From contig NW_003526943.1 of NCBI RefSeq assembly GCF_000181795.1, forward strand, positions 9,346,849 to 9,410,848: a DNA stretch of 64,000 bases. The letters run 5' to 3'. Positions 12,266-25,032 of this stretch are shown here, in pieces. Numbering within the stretch: position 1 is the first letter of the stretch; each line of letters opens with the position of its first letter. The notes below the pieces were generated by a model. It was not told where the DNA came from, searched no databases, and was given only the letters and a program-made list of their open reading frames with translations. The DNA comes from Trichinella spiralis (Eukaryota). The position numbers and the translations under genes are program-made.

Positions 12266-15200
12266 ATGACCAAAGATGTTTTGTATCATTTCGGTTTCAG
12301 TACAGACGAGGATGACTTGGTTGCACTGTTCAACAATGTGAAGGTGATTTTATTCAATTTCTTTTTTTTTCTATATTCAAATAAACAGAGAAAAATGCAT
12401 ATACATAAATGAATTTTTGTTTTCAATATTTCATAATAATAATAATACTGTAGTTTGTTCTTTGCGGTGATTCCGCTGGAAGAATGTTGAAATTGGCCAC
12501 CTTTTTGTGCAAGCAGTTGAAAAATTCGAATGGTGACGAGCCAACAAATCTCACTCGTACCGATCGATACGTTTTGTACAAAGTTTCCAACTGCATTTGC
12601 ATCAGTGTATGCGCTCACTTTATTCAAAATTTTTTTCTCGTTTCTTCATTTATATCGAGCGTTGTTCAGCTTTTGAATTATTAAATTTTACTAGTAGTTC
12701 AGAATTTTTCTACTAAATGATCTTCTTTGCTTTTTATAATCATTCAGTCGAAATATGGTCCAAGTGTAATAGATGTGCAAGTTTAATTTATTCTGATTAT
12801 CAAATTGCACAGCATGGAATTGGTTTCGGTTCAATTAGCATGAATTGAGAAAAGTTTCTGATCTTCGAGTTGGTACCTCAGGAGGGATAGGTGAGTTCTT
12901 TGTGTTGATATTTCATACGTTGATGATTAATTAAAATTGAATTTAATACAGGAATATCGGCAGGTACAGTGAATGGTTTGTTAAAGCCAGTTTATGGGTT
13001 TGTTAGTTTCTAAATTATTTCTGTATTATTATGAAATTTTCACCTATTGAAACAATTTATACAAAATATCTATTATATATATGCCGACATTTGCAGAATA
13101 GAATAAAATAGAATTCTACATGATAATGCGATAGATAATAATTGATTTCTTTTTTTCTTTTTCTATTATAATAATAAGTTATGATGATCATTTATCATGT
13201 TTGAATTTTTATTCATGTATTCACTTTTAACTGGGTTTGTGCTGGTCAGCGTTTTGAATTTCCAACAGAATTGGATGACAACTTGGCTAAACAGTTGAAT
13301 GGAATTTGTTCACAATTAAATTTTCCCTCAGTCATTGGTCGAACAATGAGATGCAATGATTTTTACGAAGGTAATTTGTACAAGTTTTTGTTGAATTAAA
13401 AAAAATGTATATTTATTTCATTTGCAAATTTTGGAAAATTATTGCATAAGTAATAATATTAATAAGGTCGAAATGCTGTTCTTAAAATTAGTTGAATACT
13501 TCATTGTTTACTTTTTAAATTCGATTTGCAAAAACAGTATAAATGATTTGAAAAATTTGTTCAAATTTAATGTATAAATTCCATAATTAGCATTATTTGC
13601 AATCAGTTTAAAAATTTGAAATTCACTTGCGAACAGATGAATAAAACAAATGATTAGTTTTTTTTTCAAATTAAATTTTAATGGAAAAGTTATGTTTATT
13701 CAGCCATGTTTGATTGAATTATATAAAGAGATTGTGTGTAAATTTGTTCATTTTTGTATATCAAAAGTGCAAATGAATACCGAAGTTTCGAGGGGATTGT
13801 TGAATGCGCTTGTTCAAATTGTTGTTCAGGATGTCGCATTTAAGCATTCCAAACCGTTGGAACCCATACAGCATTTTTTTCCTCTTCCGCATTCTGAATC
13901 ACGTCTACACAAATCTCTTCTGGGTCCTTTTGTATTATAGCGCACGTAAGGGCATTTTCCTTCTGTAGAAGATATACTTTATTTTCAATTGCATTTCCAT
14001 ACACATATAACAACTTACCCTTATTATAATTGGACTGGTATTTGGTTACGGATTGCTTAGTTGTGTAAGCTTGTTTGGTTGTTGTGAGTTTTGGTTGTGG
14101 TGTTGTTGCCGGAAACAGAGGCGTAGTGCAGACTTTTTTCAGTCCAGCGAAGCAGCATTTATCCGCATTGGCACAGTCTTTGTCCTTTCTGCATCGTTTA
14201 CCGACTGCCTTAAGATTGCGCAAAATACGCGGGCATTCTCCTGGTTTTTCTTCTTTTTTCACAGCTTCCATTATGGCTAAAGCAATTTTCAACCATTTCA
14301 CTTCAAATCATTCAAAATGGATTTAACATTGCAAAGCTTCTCAAGTTTGTTGTTTTTATTATGATTATCTTTTTTTTAAGTGAAAAGGAGGGATATTTAA
14401 ATTTTCATTTACCAGCGGTTGCCAAGATGAGAAGCAGGCAAATGGACACTTTCATATTCATATTCAGTTGCGCTTGTAGACACAGCCTTTTGCACACTTG
14501 ACTACTAAATCAGCGCTAATTCAGCTGTGGATATTTAAAGTGGCATTTTCAAATTTGGGTTGCCCGATTCAACGGAACGCCAATCAGTCCGTGTGACATG
14601 TTTTCTCAGCAACAGCACTCCGCTCTTGGTGGTAACTTATTTTGGACACATCATTGGAAATGGACTGTTCGAATTTTCTTGTGCCAACGCCCCGAGTGAC
14701 CAGCGACAATTATGCGCATTGCTTGCAAGAAGTCACGCTCTGTTAGCAAGCAGTCAACGAACGACGAAATCCTCCCAATAAACCAACAAGTGCGTGCAAT
14801 GAAGGCAATGTTTTCACTCCAACAAGCAGAAAAGCTGCTCCAATCAATACTGCACTGTAGTTGTGTGCAGTTTTGTTGGCAATATCTACATCCGTTGGCA
14901 TTCATTCTTGTTCACGTGTCATCCGATTTTATGCATAAGTTTGCATGGAAATTGGTTGAAATTGAATACCTACTTGCTTTACTTCAATTCAATTACATTT
15001 ATAATTTATGCAAAGTGAAAGATTTTCTTAAATTTTAAATTAATTTTTGAAAAAAGAAACACAACAGTTGCTAATTTTTAAGGCAAACTGACTTTTGTCA
15101 TGAATTTAAGCATCTTTATTGTATGCATTGTGAATTTTACAGTATCTTTTCTTTTTTGAATTTCAAACGTATGAAAATACTCTTTTAAAAAACTTAATGT

Positions 15201-15914
15201 TTAAATTAGTAATAATTTTTATTAAACTAAATTACAGTATTATTTGGGAACGAAGAATATTTCTTCTCTACTGTTGTAGATGAAACGAGCTGAGAACTTT
15301 TTGCAGAACAACAAGGTTTCTGTGTTATGAATTGAACGGATTGTTCAATTAATTAGACTGATTAGTTTCCAAAACTGGACATTTACTGACCTCAACTGAC
15401 CAGTGCATCTTGAAAACTAGGTTTCAAATATTTTCAGCATACTTTTCAAATTTCCATATTTCAACAGCTATTTTTGCTATGATTGATAAAGCGATTTATT
15501 TGTTTATCTTGTGAAATTATTATTATTATTATAGAACAAGATCGAATGGACGGTACATTTTGCGCTTTTTCTCTTCAACAGCGTCGGCAATTTTTACAAC
15601 GCGCCAAAGAGCTAGACGTTTGCAATATCGACATGGAAGCGAGTTGTTTTACGGCTTTTTGCCAACGGGCAAAATTGACCGGTGAATTTTCAAATTTGAA
15701 CATTTAATAATGATATTATTATTTATTTAAAGTTAGTTTAATTTTACAATTGTTTATTACAAATTACAAACGTGCAATTGTCAACGTTGTTTTGATGGAT
15801 CGGCTTGCGGCCAGTGACCAACCAGCTGATCGAAACCAAAGAGATCTACTTATATCTTGGGAAGAGCGACCATTTGCCGTTTTCGATGAATATGTGAAAC
15901 AATTTTCCAACTGA
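12266..15914 (+). pseudogene. upp-1: Uridine phosphorylase (UPP1/upp-1-like), decayed
   Basis: Colinear exons: DVLYHFGF, FVLCGDSAGRM, TDRYVLYKV, HGIGFGSIS, LRVGTSGGIG, GRTMRCNDFYE, QDRMDG, NIDMEASCF, IVNVVLMDRL. Deletion with stop/frameshift near 12845, deletion near 12970, and no AG acceptors near 13230 and 15770. Confidence 0.85.
13826..14461 (-). CDS. Secreted two-WAP-domain (SLPI-like) protein, 3 exons, nested in the UPP intron
   Basis: Exon 14461-14413 MNMKVSICLLLILATA; exon 14276-14019 KPGECP...CRKDKDCANADKCCFAGLKKVC plus Thr-rich linker; exon 13962-13826 EGKCP...CRRDSECGRGKKCCMGSNGLECLNATS*. Canonical phase-1 introns. Confidence 0.88.
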
Positions 15915-16062
15915 TTTCAGTGAATTTAAAAAAAATACTTCTCAGAACATTTGCATAAGAATCAAAAATGAATAATGATCAAATTTACATTGCTTGTTGC
16001 TTTATTGGAAAAAAATGTCTACAACATTAAAACTGCTTTTAGCAAATCCAAAAGTCAAAAGT

Positions 16063-16302
16063 TCACGCACGTCTTTTCTGCGTACTAATATACAAAACGT
16101 TGTTTCCGCGAATAAACGCATCGCCGTATTTCTGTTTCAATTGGCCATTGGCGTACTCTTCCGTCTGCTCCAGAGCGACGTTCAAGTATCCATCCAAACA
16201 AGCCAAAATGCCACGATAATCTAAGCCTGAATTCAACTTGACCATCACTGGCTTGCCAATTAATTGTTTCAAAAATTCACTTGGCGTTTGTCGTCCACTC
16301 AT
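16063..16302 (-). CDS. lsm-6: U6 snRNA-associated Sm-like protein LSm6, intronless CDS
   Basis: TPSEFLKQLIGKPVMVKLNSGLDYRGILACLDGYLNVALEQTEEY...YGDAFIRGNNVLYIS. Confidence 0.97.
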   Translation of the reverse strand: MSGRQTPSEFLKQLIGKPVMVKLNSGLDYRGILACLDGYLNVALEQTEEYANGQLKQKYGDAFIRGNNVLYISTQKRRA

Positions 16303-17047
16303 TTGATATTTATTACAAATCTAAATAAAATAAACTGTCACCATCATCAATTCATAATACACACTTTGCTGTTCACTTTGGAAACTGCAATTCAATCCAA
16401 TTGCAGCAAGTGAAAAGTGCATTCATAATTTAGCTATTATATTTAAAAAATAAGACATACATTAAAAGCTGTCGTTTAAAAAGAAAAAAAAATTTTATGG
16501 TAAATACTGAAATGTCAACTGAATACTGAATCATCATTAAACAAATGTTATTTAAAAAATTAAATAATAAATTAATTTTTATCAATGATAAAAATCGATC
16601 CACTTTATATAGAATTAATTAATAATAATAAAAGTACAACAATAAATATTACACCATTACAAATTTAAAAGATTTTCAAGTACAAATAGCTGCATCTGCC
16701 ATGGTTATTACAAATTACTTACGTTCAAGTTTCTACTCAGCTTTATATATTACAAATTATTATTAGGCATTAATAATTCGTTTTCAGTAATATAAATAAA
16801 ATTAATGTTTGGTTGTTAATGCCAAATTTACTTTAATTCTAATTATTTAATTATTGCTGCATCAATGGAAGTTACAGTAATAAAAGAGACTTACATTATG
16901 CCGAGGTATTGTAAGATGACATCACTACAATGCAAAATTTTTATTCAGCGCTGTAATTTTGAGTTATTTGGCAATTTATGCTTAATATTTTGCATTATAT
17001 ATGTTGCTAACGCAACTTAATTTGATACTCAAGCAGTGGACTATATT

Positions 17048-17575
17048 TGTTTGTTTCGAGGTTGATTCGGATCGATCGAATGCCAATCCTCAAGAACAGT
17101 TCTTATATTGAAAAAAACACAACTCTTTGCAGCGCTTCTTGTCGCTCAGTCACCACTTTCCCTCCCGCGCATACTTCTCTCATGCTACCAGAACTTCCTT
17201 CCACATCAACTGGAGACGATTTGGCTGGCTTGTATATGACTGAAAGCGTCAGGCGCGGGGTTCTTATCAACCATAAACCCGAGTCCACTGTTTTATTGAC
17301 AGTCGTCTGGCATAAGTGTGTTCCAACAACATGGCCGCAAGCCTGTTGTCTACGCGACGCCTGCTTCTTTACAGCTGCCGCTCTGGATCGAAGGAAACAA
17401 GAGTCTTGTGGCTTATGCTGCCTTGTTGTTGTACTTTCAGCACGCAGCTTGGCCGTGCCGTATTGCGCAAGCCACCAAATGGACCATAAAAGATTACCTC
17501 TGTTGGCATCGTTGACCCAAATCTAGGCGTTGCACAACTTCGCACAGACCTCGGGATGTTAGCCGCAGTTCTCTC
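17048..17575. mobile_element. GC-rich probable retroelement remnant (possible solo LTR)
   Basis: Sharp GC-rich island in AT-rich DNA next to the Gypsy element; no convincing protein. Confidence 0.3.
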
Positions 17576-17631
17576 TTTTTAAAATGTAAAACATATTTGA
17601 CATTGCTTGTTTTCCTATTGTTTTTATTTCA

Positions 17632-18624
17632 TCATTTTAAGCGATGTTCAATAAATGTCCAAACTGATGCATATTTAATGACCCGCCGGGTGGGGCCAGA
17701 GGATCTGCCTCCGGGTCCTCGCCAGTTCGTCCGCCGTCGCTGTGTGCTTGTTCGCGGTCGTTGGGTTCGGCATCTTTCGTGGGGACAGTCGCGTCGGAGG
17801 TGGTCCAAGCCACCGCAATTGAAGCAACCGTCTCTTCTTCCGACGGGTCGCACAGCCGTCAGAGCCTGTCTTTCCAGCTTCAGGGAAAGTTTGCCCACCT
17901 CGCGTATCAAGGCTTCGATGGACTGGGCCAATTCGGTTTTCTCCGGCTTTGGGTTACTGGTGTGTGACTGCCGACTCTGGTGGAAGTCTTCTTCCGCCCG
18001 CATAACTTTACTGACCAGCTTCCGAGCTTCGGCAAAGGTTGGTGGTTCCTGCAGCCACATCGCCATATACGCCTGCTTCGAGGTTATTCCCCCGGCGAAA
18101 CGTGCCACGAGGTCACGTTCTGACACGCCGGCTCTGCGTCCAACCTCTGCTACCTCCTGGGCATATTGCTCGATGGTTTGACCCTCGCGTTGATGCAGGG
18201 CGTGGAACCGCTCGATCAGCTGCCCTGTCGACTCTTCCGGGCCATACGTGCCCAGCAATCGCTTCTTGAACTCCTCGAAGGAGATCTCCTTTGCTTGTCC
18301 CGCCGGGTAGAGCTCGCGGCGGACTGAGTCGCTCAGCAGGTAGCGAGCGACCACGCCGTGGTCAGAGGGCGGAACCCTGCTGACGCAGAAAAAGTCTTCC
18401 AGCCTCTCCAGCCACTCAACAGAGTCCATATCCGGACTAAAAGCCGAGGGCGGACAATAGTAAGCACCCTGGTACACCGATGGCGTTATTTCCCGGACAG
18501 GCACCCATTGTAACGACCCGCCGGGTGGGGCCAGAGGATCTGCCTCCGGGTCCGCGCCAGTTCGTCCGCCGTCGCTGTGTGCTTGTTCATTCTCGCTCGC
18601 TCGGTCTCGTCTCCTTGTCGACAT
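17632..18624 (-). CDS. gag: Gag protein (capsid + CCHC zinc knuckle), uninterrupted 330-aa ORF
   Basis: EWLERLEDFF, SFEEFKKRLL, LHQREGQTIEQYA, ARFAGGI, CFNCGGLDHLRRDCP. Confidence 0.88.
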   Translation of the reverse strand: MSTRRRDRASENEQAHSDGGRTGADPEADPLAPPGGSLQWVPVREITPSVYQGAYYCPPSAFSPDMDSVEWLERLEDFFCVSRVPPSDHGVVARYLLSDSVRRELYPAGQAKEISFEEFKKRLLGTYGPEESTGQLIERFHALHQREGQTIEQYAQEVAEVGRRAGVSERDLVARFAGGITSKQAYMAMWLQEPPTFAEARKLVSKVMRAEEDFHQSRQSHTSNPKPEKTELAQSIEALIREVGKLSLKLERQALTAVRPVGRRDGCFNCGGLDHLRRDCPHERCRTQRPRTSTQRRRTNWRGPGGRSSGPTRRVIKYASVWTFIEHRLK

Positions 18625-19103
18625 CCTCGGAGCACGCTTCTACTCGTACAACTTGTCCACACGTCGGTCAGCGCTCTCGCTCTGGAAAGATATTTCTCGC
18701 TCTTTGCCACTCCAATATATAGAAGGCTTTCGCCGCAGGGGGCACCGTAATGAGTAAACTGAAATTTGATCCTCTATTGTCTTGCTGACAGTCCCTTGGC
18801 TTGCGGCCCTTCTATAAATCAGCGGCTTGTTACGCGGGGGCTTTGATCCGCTGCCCCACCGGATCATCAGCGACCGGTATGCCCTCGGATCAATGACCAA
18901 ACGCATGTTAAACAATGGCCGAACAATGGCTAATTAGGTACCGACGTGTAGGGTCACGAGGGTCTGTCGCCAAAAGCCACCCGCGGTCCTCGCCGGCGGC
19001 GTCTTTGAACTGGGCGGGGTGGGAGGTTTTATTGCCGCGGCTCCGCGTCTACCTCAGCCGGACCTGCAATGAGCAACGCCGCCGTATAGCAAGGGTTGTT
19101 ACA
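17674..19103 (-). mobile_element. Internally deleted Ty3/Gypsy LTR retrotransposon (5' LTR - PBS - gag - last ~80 bp of 3' LTR)
   Basis: LTR 18509-19103 with TGTAAC...GTTACA termini; 17674-17755 repeats 18509-18588; 4-bp TSD CATA at 17670-17673 and 19104-19107. Confidence 0.9.
18490..18507 (-). promoter_or_regulatory. Primer binding site, tRNA-Pro-like
   Basis: TGGGTGCCTGTCCGGGAA, 1 nt after the LTR; resembles the tRNA-Pro PBS TGGGGGCTCGTCCGGGAT. Confidence 0.7.
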
Positions 19104-19499
19104 CATATATGGTGCATAAAGGAAAAAAATGCGTGCTTAAGATCGTTGGTTTTGACATAAAGTGATAAGTAAATTGAGAAATGCAAATCACTAAATCTCT
19201 GCGACTATCTTCATCTGCACGCTGCTTGATATTCTTATTTGACTCACCCCAACTCAATCAAACGCATAAACCAATTTTGAGAATTTAAATACTCGAATAC
19301 TCAAATACTAGCTGAAGCCCAGCAATTATCAGTGAAGCGGATTTTATGCACATAAACAGTTTTGAAGATGATTTGATGTTTGTATTCAAGTTTGCAGTGA
19401 TTGCCTTCATTTTACAGACAGTGATAAAATGCGGTAATTTTTGACTGTTTTCAATTTAATTCTGATTTTTGAAGTGTTTTTGTTGGTAATACTTGTGCA

Positions 19500-19868
19500 T
19501 TCAGGCTAGTGCTGAAAGCGTGGTGGCGTCAATGGGCGTCTGTTCGATTGCAAGACCGCGGACTCCCCGGGAACAGCAGAAAGAGCCACGCAGCCTGTAG
19601 GACAGAAGGGGCGTTGCCGAAACTCGGCAACAGCTATGCTGACACCGTGCAAATGAGGCGGAGGTTACAAAGCAGCCGGTCAAGATGGCGCAGTTGAACT
19701 GCAGACCAAGGCAGTGCCCGGCTCTTGAATTATAAACGAGCTAACGGATGAAGAAGCTGAGGAAAGAGAATTGGCTGGTGGAATGATCGCCTGATTATTG
19801 GTGTGCACGAGTTGACTGCGCTCATGGACCGACACTTCGTGTAATGAAGCGCCGAGTTTAGCTACAGT
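19500..19868. mobile_element. GC-rich degenerate repeat fragment
   Basis: GC island with no coherent ORF; duplicated at about 61110-61460 with a ~19-bp indel. Confidence 0.3.
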
Positions 19869-20415
19869 CTAAGAAACTTGAAAATTAAATTTATTTTCTG
19901 TAGTTTTTCAAAATTTGCAATAATAAATAGTCAAATCAGTTATTGCTTAACATTTTCCACTTTAAAAATTGACAAATGAAAATTAATTATTATTTTTTAT
20001 CCAAGAGTTATTAGCATGAAATTCATATTATTAATTTTTTATTGTTATTAAATTTTATCTGCATTTTATGAAATATAAACAATAAAAACCATATATTTAC
20101 GGTAGGATTCAATCCTACATTACTTTATTGTAGCTCTAAATATTGTAGTTGGTTGCTCATCGTCAAACTTTACTAGTTCACAGATTTAAAACGTTTACAG
20201 TTGCCTTATAATACCGGAGTATATATATACAATCCGTTGATAAATTATCTGCTTTGAATATTTACAAGGATGAAGTTTAAATTTGACTTTAAAGTGTTTT
20301 ATAAAATTTTCTTCAATTTTCGAGGGTTAAAAATGCACAATAGTCTTAATCTTACATTGGTATTCTAATGACTAAATAAATAAGAGCATATATTTTTAGA
20401 ATCTCAAGTATAACA

Positions 20416-23400
20416 ATGGCAGAGGTTCATGGAATTCATAAATTTGTTAGTCATGTGGAAGAAGAGTTTTTTGTAGAATATTTCGACATGCCCCTAACAG
20501 AAGGTTGGGAAATTTCTGCAAAACATTTCCTTATGGATATATTGAATAATCCTGGACCGGTTACTGATTTTATTTCAAATTGGACTCAATCCACGTATGA
20601 TATGCTGATTGGCATTTTCGTTTATTCAAAACCTGAATTTTGGTCTTTTCATCGCACTGGCTCTCTTGGTTATGTTATGAACGAAATTATTATGGATGTC
20701 TGTAAAGTAACTGAGCAGCACAATTCACTGTTGTTCTTGATGTTTATGTCTTCATCACTCCAAAGATACAAAAAATTGTGTATCTCGTCTGAAACTGTCA
20801 GTTCTGATCTTATAGCGGTTGCAGTCGATTTGGTAAAAAATTATCGTTTTCATGAAATTATGCAAGCAGTTTTGCACACAAACATAAATCATTACAATGG
20901 TATGTTATGCGAAGAGATGGCATTAATTTTTAGACATTATCTTTCACTGGTTGATGTTTTTGCTACAAAATTGATGAAGACTTCAACGTGGTTCACCGAT
21001 ATATTGACAATTTATCCTTGGTTCTGTACTGGGAAATATCTTATTTTATCTGAACTGCTTCCTTATTGTAAAGAGGAATCATTTGAATGCTCCGTCGACA
21101 TTTCTAAGCAGTTGGAATTGGCACTGAGTGAAAAGTGTGTGGCTTCGGCTGCGGGACGATTTTGGAAAAAAATGCTCGTGTTTAGAAAGGATGTAGTATT
21201 CAGCATCGAACGTGAGCGAAATTTTTGGGATTCATTTTTCATTACCCACCTGTCTAGCGAGGACTACCGCATAGCACATACGTGTGCAACGTTTTTCCTG
21301 AAACCATATCTAAATGAGAGAGGCTTGGAATTTTTGGAATTAGCTCGATTGAGACTGTTACCACCAACCAATTATGTGGAGTTGCAGAATACTGACTGTT
21401 CAGAAATTTGTTCTGTAATTCTTCCTAAGCAGACATTGTCGCACTCGTCGTCGACTCAACGTGCGCGACAATTTTTTCTTTTAACGTTGAACACTGCACT
21501 TCGTCGCAGCAGTCGTCAGTTGCAGCTTCAAGTTATAGAAAGTAATGCTATTGAATTGGCCAATATTATAAAGGAAAATGATCCAGAAATTGGAATAATT
21601 GCATTTGACATTTTTTGTCGTTACGAGGCGTACATAAGCATACTGACAAAGCGACAAAAAACAAAACTGGTATTTGAATATTTGAAAAGCAATGTAAAAA
21701 TTTCAAGGTAAGTGAATTATATTAACCGATAGAGTGAAATTATTTTAAAAAGTATAATTTAATTCGACACGATTGACAAATGGTTTCAGTTTTAAGCCTT
21801 ACTCATATTTTGCAAAAAAAATTCAGTTAATCATGAATTTGTGTAAAATTATTTTTATGGATTAATTATATGTTTTTACAGCGTAACTTTTATGATTAAT
21901 TTTTAAAGCTTTTTCTGAAATAAGTATAAAAAGTTTGGATGTTTTGCGCGAGGTAAAATTTAACACAGTAAGATGATGATTTTCAAGTACAATTAATAGA
22001 GCCTGAGTAAAGGTTGAATTTTATTTTATCACTTGTTATTCGTTGTTTTCTTTTCAAATTATTTTATAGTTGAAAATTCAATTGTGTTTTTTATCTTAGC
22101 TCTTGGTTTCGTCATACTGTAAAGGATGCTTTGGCAAAATATTTTCAACATAGCGAATTGATTATTAAATTAAATTTTGCTGATTTTTGCATAAGCCAGA
22201 TTTTTCCTGGTGCATGTTTTCAACGAACAATTACTGCACTGAAAATTTTGATCATGCTTCTTCAGCTCGATTCGAATATACTGTGTGAATGGGATTCGCG
22301 TATTAGTAAAGGTGATACAAAAATGAGTAGCCGCTTGTACATGATCCAGAATATTTGTTTACATTATTACAATACTGTTGAACAAGATTGCCAGATTGTT
22401 TTGGATAAAATTTTTTCAATCTCTAACAACTATTTGAAATCGGTTGGAAAAAGTTTGCATGATATTTTTGCAAATCCCGGCAGTTACGATTGCAATTATG
22501 CACTAACCGATTTGTCTTTTACGACGAGCATTCAATGTCAGCTGCAGCTACTTAAATATTTTCCCGACAAAACAGTTACAGTGTCGACTTTAGAATATTT
22601 GGATGAGATGCTTTCGCAAGCTTTGGAACATCAAACTATACCGCCATGGTCACTGATTGGTCCGATATTTATGAGCGAGTGTTGCAGCGCGGATCTTATA
22701 AATTTGTCTGTCGATTTTAGTAAGCAGTTATTGCATAAATTATTGGAATTTTTGAAATTGCACCTCAACTATGTAAAAAATCAAAAATTCAGCTTCTGTC
22801 CGCCGTTGTTTGTCGATCTCGACTCGCTTCAAATGGTCAATTCGACCAGAACGCCGATGGCATTGTTCAAAATTTGCTTGTTGAATTTGTTGCATGGGTG
22901 CAATTTGCTCAGAAAATTGTGCACTGCCGGCGAATATCAGGACGTTGAACAAGCAGTGCTATTTTTGGTCGACCTGCTGATGTCGGTATCGTCGTGCGTA
23001 TTGTTGGACAAATGCAGCACCTGCTTGCGCAATGTACTGCGAGATCAGACCACTTGGATCATTTCCGATTTGTACGAAAAAGCGATATATTTCAGTTTGA
23101 ATTGTTTCGACAGCGATTCAATGATCGAAATCCGATACAGACGTTTGCCGATAATTGTGAAAGTGTTCTCATCGTTCGAATGTTTGTCAATCAATATGGA
23201 TTTGGAAAATCGCATCATCCGATTGTGCACATCTTCACCGCTGGCTGCTGTACGGTCACTTTTGGCGTTGACGTCGAATTTAAACAATTTTCTGTGTAGT
23301 ACAAAAAATTTGAAAATTTTCTTCGAAATGTTTATTATTCAAAATTTTTCCTCTTCACAATGGTTGTTACGTCAGGCATCGGCGAAGCTTGCGATGCGAC

Positions 23401-24937
23401 TGATAAAACAAGTGTTCATATGCAACGCCGACAGTTTTATTCCACTGGGCCAGATGCCTTTTTCTCACTTTATGGTGAAAATATTTTATGCAAATTTGGC
23501 ATATTGAAAAATAGTTCAATTGATTGATTGATTAATTGAAATTTTCAGACACAATTCAATGAAATGTGGATCATTTGTTTGAACGCACTGGAAATGATCG
23601 CCGTGCAAGAATATTCATTCCTTTCCGCCTATCCAGTGTTATTGGTATTGCAGCATTTGTCGTTCGATTTTCCTGGTTTCATCAAGAACAAGCTGTCGTT
23701 TCCATTGAAGCGACTCTGCCAGCATATGCTTCAGTTGGCGTTCACTTGTCCCAGCATGATGGTGCGCCGTATGGCGGCCGGTATTGTGGTGAAATTGCTC
23801 ACCAAAGAGACGGCCGCTTCGTTGAAAATATCTCTACAAAGCCTGGTGCGGCAGACCAAGTGGACGAACAACAATCGAGACGGCATGAACCATGTGTTGG
23901 GATTGATCGACGAAAAGTTTTTTTTCCATTCATCTACTGGTGATGATCTGTATCCAGTGGAGCGGACGAACAGACTCCGCTGGAGTCGAATGACCACCAG
24001 TGACCGGTGCGTCACATTGTCCCAGTGGATCAATCGGCCGTGGACAATACCGAACGATTTGTCGATGTTCGTATCGTTGTTGAAGAAAAACTGTCTGGGT
24101 CGTTATGGCAGTTCGGCCAGGGCGTTGGCTTTGGTACTCTTGTCGGATGTCTACGTCTCATGGAAAGAGCCAGTAGAGGGACTGGACGACACGGTCTGGT
24201 ACAACTGTTTGATTGGATTGGCTTATCGAAAGGGTGACGTCAGCGGGCGCCTTGCCGCATCCACCAGCTTGGTCCGCTGCGGTGAACTGATGGTCGAGAA
24301 GTTGGATATGGTGAAACGAAGTCACCTGCTGCTGACAATGTTGCGCCTTTTCGAAGACGAATCGACCGAAGTGCGCAGTTGCATGGTGCAAGTGTTGGAC
24401 ATTTTCGACCATCTGAAGGGCGGTAACAAAATTGGCAAAGAGCCGGCGACCATATTTGCCGACTACATTGTCAAGTGGCATTTCAACGAAGTTCTACTGT
24501 ACGAATTGGTCGACTTGTTGTTCACTTTTCCCAATGGGATGGTGGAAACCGGCGACAGCAACATCATACGACAGCAAAACAGCGACACATACCGTGAACG
24601 GTATATGGTATTGTGCCAGTATTATCGGATGTTGGACTTGTTGTGCGAAACTGATTTGGCACGGGTGAGGGATGCGATTTGTCGTAAAATTGACAAAAAT
24701 TGGAGAGATGCGGCCATCTGTTTGCAGTGCACTTTCACCGACTGGGTGGTCAGCTATGAGCACACTGCCGAGCCTGTATCGGAACGATTTTTCCTCATGT
24801 TGGCCAGATTCAGCTTCTGTGTGCTGCTTATCACTCGATGCAACTACAACCACTGCTTTACAAACTTTCTCAACTTTGTCAAAGTGCCTATATCCGAAGT
24901 TTCGACCAACTGGTTGTTCAACGTGCCATATTTTTGA
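20416..24937 (+). CDS. THADA: THADA/Trm732-like ARM-repeat protein, 3 exons, about 1350 aa
   Basis: Exons 20416-21707, 22100-23474 and 23549-24937 join in frame. Motifs PWFCTGKY, IFPGACFQR, FSSSQWLLRQASAKL, YPVLLVLQHL, SMMVRRMAA and LFEDESTEVR are colinear with THADA. Confidence 0.8.
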
Positions 24938-24992
24938 TTCCATCATTACAATTACTGCATTTGTCTGTTGCAGTTATTACATCATACACAAC

Positions 24993-25032
<40 letters not shown>

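Noticed and set aside
14500..15040. GC-richer stretch with short ORFs upstream of the WAP gene
   Set aside because: No coherent frame or motif; may be promoter or old repeat.
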